From Octopus vulgaris (lineage: Eukaryota): a stretch of DNA of 64,000 nucleotides. This document shows, piece after piece, positions 61,724 to 64,000 of the stretch (position 1 is the stretch's first letter; each line of letters opens with the position of its first letter). The notes beneath the pieces were generated by a model. The model was not told the DNA's origin. It searched no databases and was given only the letters and a program-made list of their open reading frames with translations. A program made the position numbers and the translations under genes. The stretch spans positions 2,914,001-2,978,000 of the forward strand of contig OX597834.1 of the NCBI GenBank assembly GCA_951406725.2, written 5' to 3'.

Positions 61724-62950
61724 TATGAACAGTTCAGCTTATGTTGTTGTCCACAATTACTCCCAAGTCTCTGGTGTTGTTGGATGTCATGACAGTTTCA
61801 CCTGAAGGAATGGAATATGGAAGTTTCAAGGGATCCTCTTTTCCGAACGTTTGTCCTCGTCCAGCAGCATATTATTCTTTTCCGCCATTGGATGACAGCC
61901 AGTAGGTCTGACTGAAGGCATGTCCGGTTACCCACTTCATTGATGACCTTCTGGAAAATGGAATCATCTACAAAGATTCTTATGTTGCTGTGTTTGATGA
62001 TGTCAGTAATGTCATTGACATCAATTGGAGGGCCAAAAGTGGCGACGGTGACCTTGCGTTTTTCGCAAAAGAGAAGGACGCTTTGGGGTTGAGTTTGGTT
62101 TTCGCAATGGCCCATTTCTCCTCTGCTGTTCTTTGGCTGTGGGGTATGTATTCTTGGAGGTTATATCTTTTTGAATCGAGCTGGGCGATAACCGTCAAAT
62201 ATATGTGGCAGTATTTTAGTTTGTTCTTTTTATTTTTTTAATCGTTTTTTTCTGTTTTGGAGAATTCTTCACTTTGTTTTCTTCACAGATCTTGGTGGGG
62301 TGTGTTTTTCACATGTTTGTGACAGCGTCTACAAAGGTCTGTCAAGATATTTTGATGCTGGAGGAGGTGTGTGCATGTGTGAAAGACCAGTCAACATGTG
62401 ATAGACCGTTCATGATTGTGTCCCAGTCGGCATCGTAGAGATCCATGTTATCAAATGGGGGGGGTGGCTGGAGAGAGGTTTACTAGGGTTAGCTTTCGGC
62501 TGGTGGAATCTCAGGTTACAGAGGACCATGCCATTGTCTGAAAGAAAGGTTTTTTCCGCTGTAATATTATGTATAGTGTTAGTGTGGTTACTAAACAAGA
62601 GGTCTAGAATGTTCTGACATCTTGTTGGTGCAAGGACAAGTTGGGATAAGAAAAACTCGTCCATAAAGTCGAGAAGTGACTCTACTGCTTCTTTGTCAGT
62701 AGTTGAGGTGGGAGTGCCTGGTTTCAAACTGTTTGTAGACCAATACATACAGGGTTAATTAAAACCTCCCATCATTAGTATGTTACTAGAATGGCACTGT
62801 TGAAGGAAGCACTTAACGTTGTTGAAGCATTCTTTAAAGTGCAGTATAGGTGTTTAAGGGGGCATACAGAGCCGATCTGCTATCAAATCATGGGCTTTGT
62901 TGCGCACGGTGACTGATTCACAATAGCCATTGGAGAATGTTGATGTATCC
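61724..62950 (-). mobile_element. CR1/L2-group LINE, 5' part (APE endonuclease and partial RT, internally deleted)
   Basis: FLSQLVLAPTRCQNILDLLFSN (APE C-terminus), IRIFVDDS (YADD box), LQSDL and RDLGVIVD. Most of the RT N-terminal part is missing at ~62040. Confidence 0.85.
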
Positions 62951-63279
62951 ATCTACCGAAAAGGAATAATGCAGAACATTGGCAGTTCCACCCTTCCTGC
63001 TAATGTTCTAATTTACGTACAATATCTCCATTGCAACTACATTCATTCGACTGTCGACCATAGAATGGGCCAACTGCTGCAAAGCAGAGTATATCCACTG
63101 ACAGCTATTCAAGGCGTTCAAAAATCACATACACCCCACCCTCAATTTTCCGTGACAGGTTAGGGTCTGACCCTCCAAACAGAAGACATGTTGCTTAGTC
63201 GAATTAGCCCATCATTTAATCCATAAAGGTTTTGTCATCAATGCTGCACCTTCCTGAATCTTGTTTCAACATAACTGTA

Positions 63280-63310
<31 letters not shown>

Positions 63311-63811
63311 CTAGCAGTATCGCCCGGCGTTGCTCGGGTTTGTAAGGGAAATAACTATATAAGCATTTTTAGAGAGTTACTTCCTTTATAGTTGCCAATT
63401 CGGGCTTTCTTAGCCATTTCTGTTTTGGTGTCTTCAAGCCATGAAGTCGTTGTTCTAAAAGAACGCTGGTCTCCTTGACAACGCATTACGACGTTGATTT
63501 CCTTACACTCCCTTCCCCACAGCTTCACGAGGGAGGGAAGAAGGGGGAGAAGCAAACACAGGTGCAGGTGTTTGAGCGTGGGCGCCAACTCCGCCGCCAT
63601 CGACACACGAAAAATTATGCATTAAAATGGAATAAAAAATGATGTTAAATTATTTTTAAAATCGTAGACTCATCGTAGACGCGCGCTAATAGCCAGACGG
63701 GCTCGATATGAATCACGACTATAAGACACCCGAATTTGGTTAAACTGCACCGCAAAATGTGGGAGGAGTTAGGAGTCTAAATCGTAGGAGACAGACATTC
63801 ACACAACTACA

Positions 63812-63820
<9 letters not shown>
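63311..63820 (-). mobile_element. Non-autonomous Helitron-like element in (TA)n
   Basis: Same 3' terminus (AAACCCGAGCAACGCCGGGCGATACTGCTAG) on the minus strand, with a different internal sequence. Confidence 0.75.
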
Positions 63821-63890
<70 letters not shown>

Positions 63891-63896
63891 GCATAC

Positions 63897-63941
<45 letters not shown>

Positions 63942-64000
63942 TTTATTTATCGTATTTACTCACAATGTTTCGTTAAAATTCGAGCCGATGTTTTTCGGAA

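Overview
This is repeat-dense, AT-rich animal (non-microbial) DNA, most likely an octopod cephalopod, inferred from the microsatellite load and SINE families. The only host gene I can support is the first coding exon of a group I metabotropic glutamate receptor (mGluR1/5-like), minus strand 29675-29003, ending at a GT donor. No second exon was recognised, so 1-29002 is probably intron 1 and >29.7 kb is 5'UTR, promoter or upstream DNA. The rest is microsatellites and transposon debris: three tRNA-type SINE families, five R4/Dong-like RLE retrotransposon 3' ends stacked in one (AAT)n tract, RTE and CR1 LINE remnants, two mariners, a Tc1 remnant, hAT and Tc1 MITEs, two Helitron-like elements, and Penelope-like termini with degenerate hammerhead motifs. 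The most unusual structure is a pair of ~0.9 kb inverted repeats about 28 kb apart (16.9-17.8 kb and 46.1-46.9 kb) that bracket the receptor's first exon. Their ~600 bp cores are ~98% identical while their flanks are only about 65-70% identical. Nearly all ORFs in the supplied track are microsatellite artefacts. All identities are hand counts or eyeball estimates, and element boundaries are approximate unless TIRs/TSDs are given.
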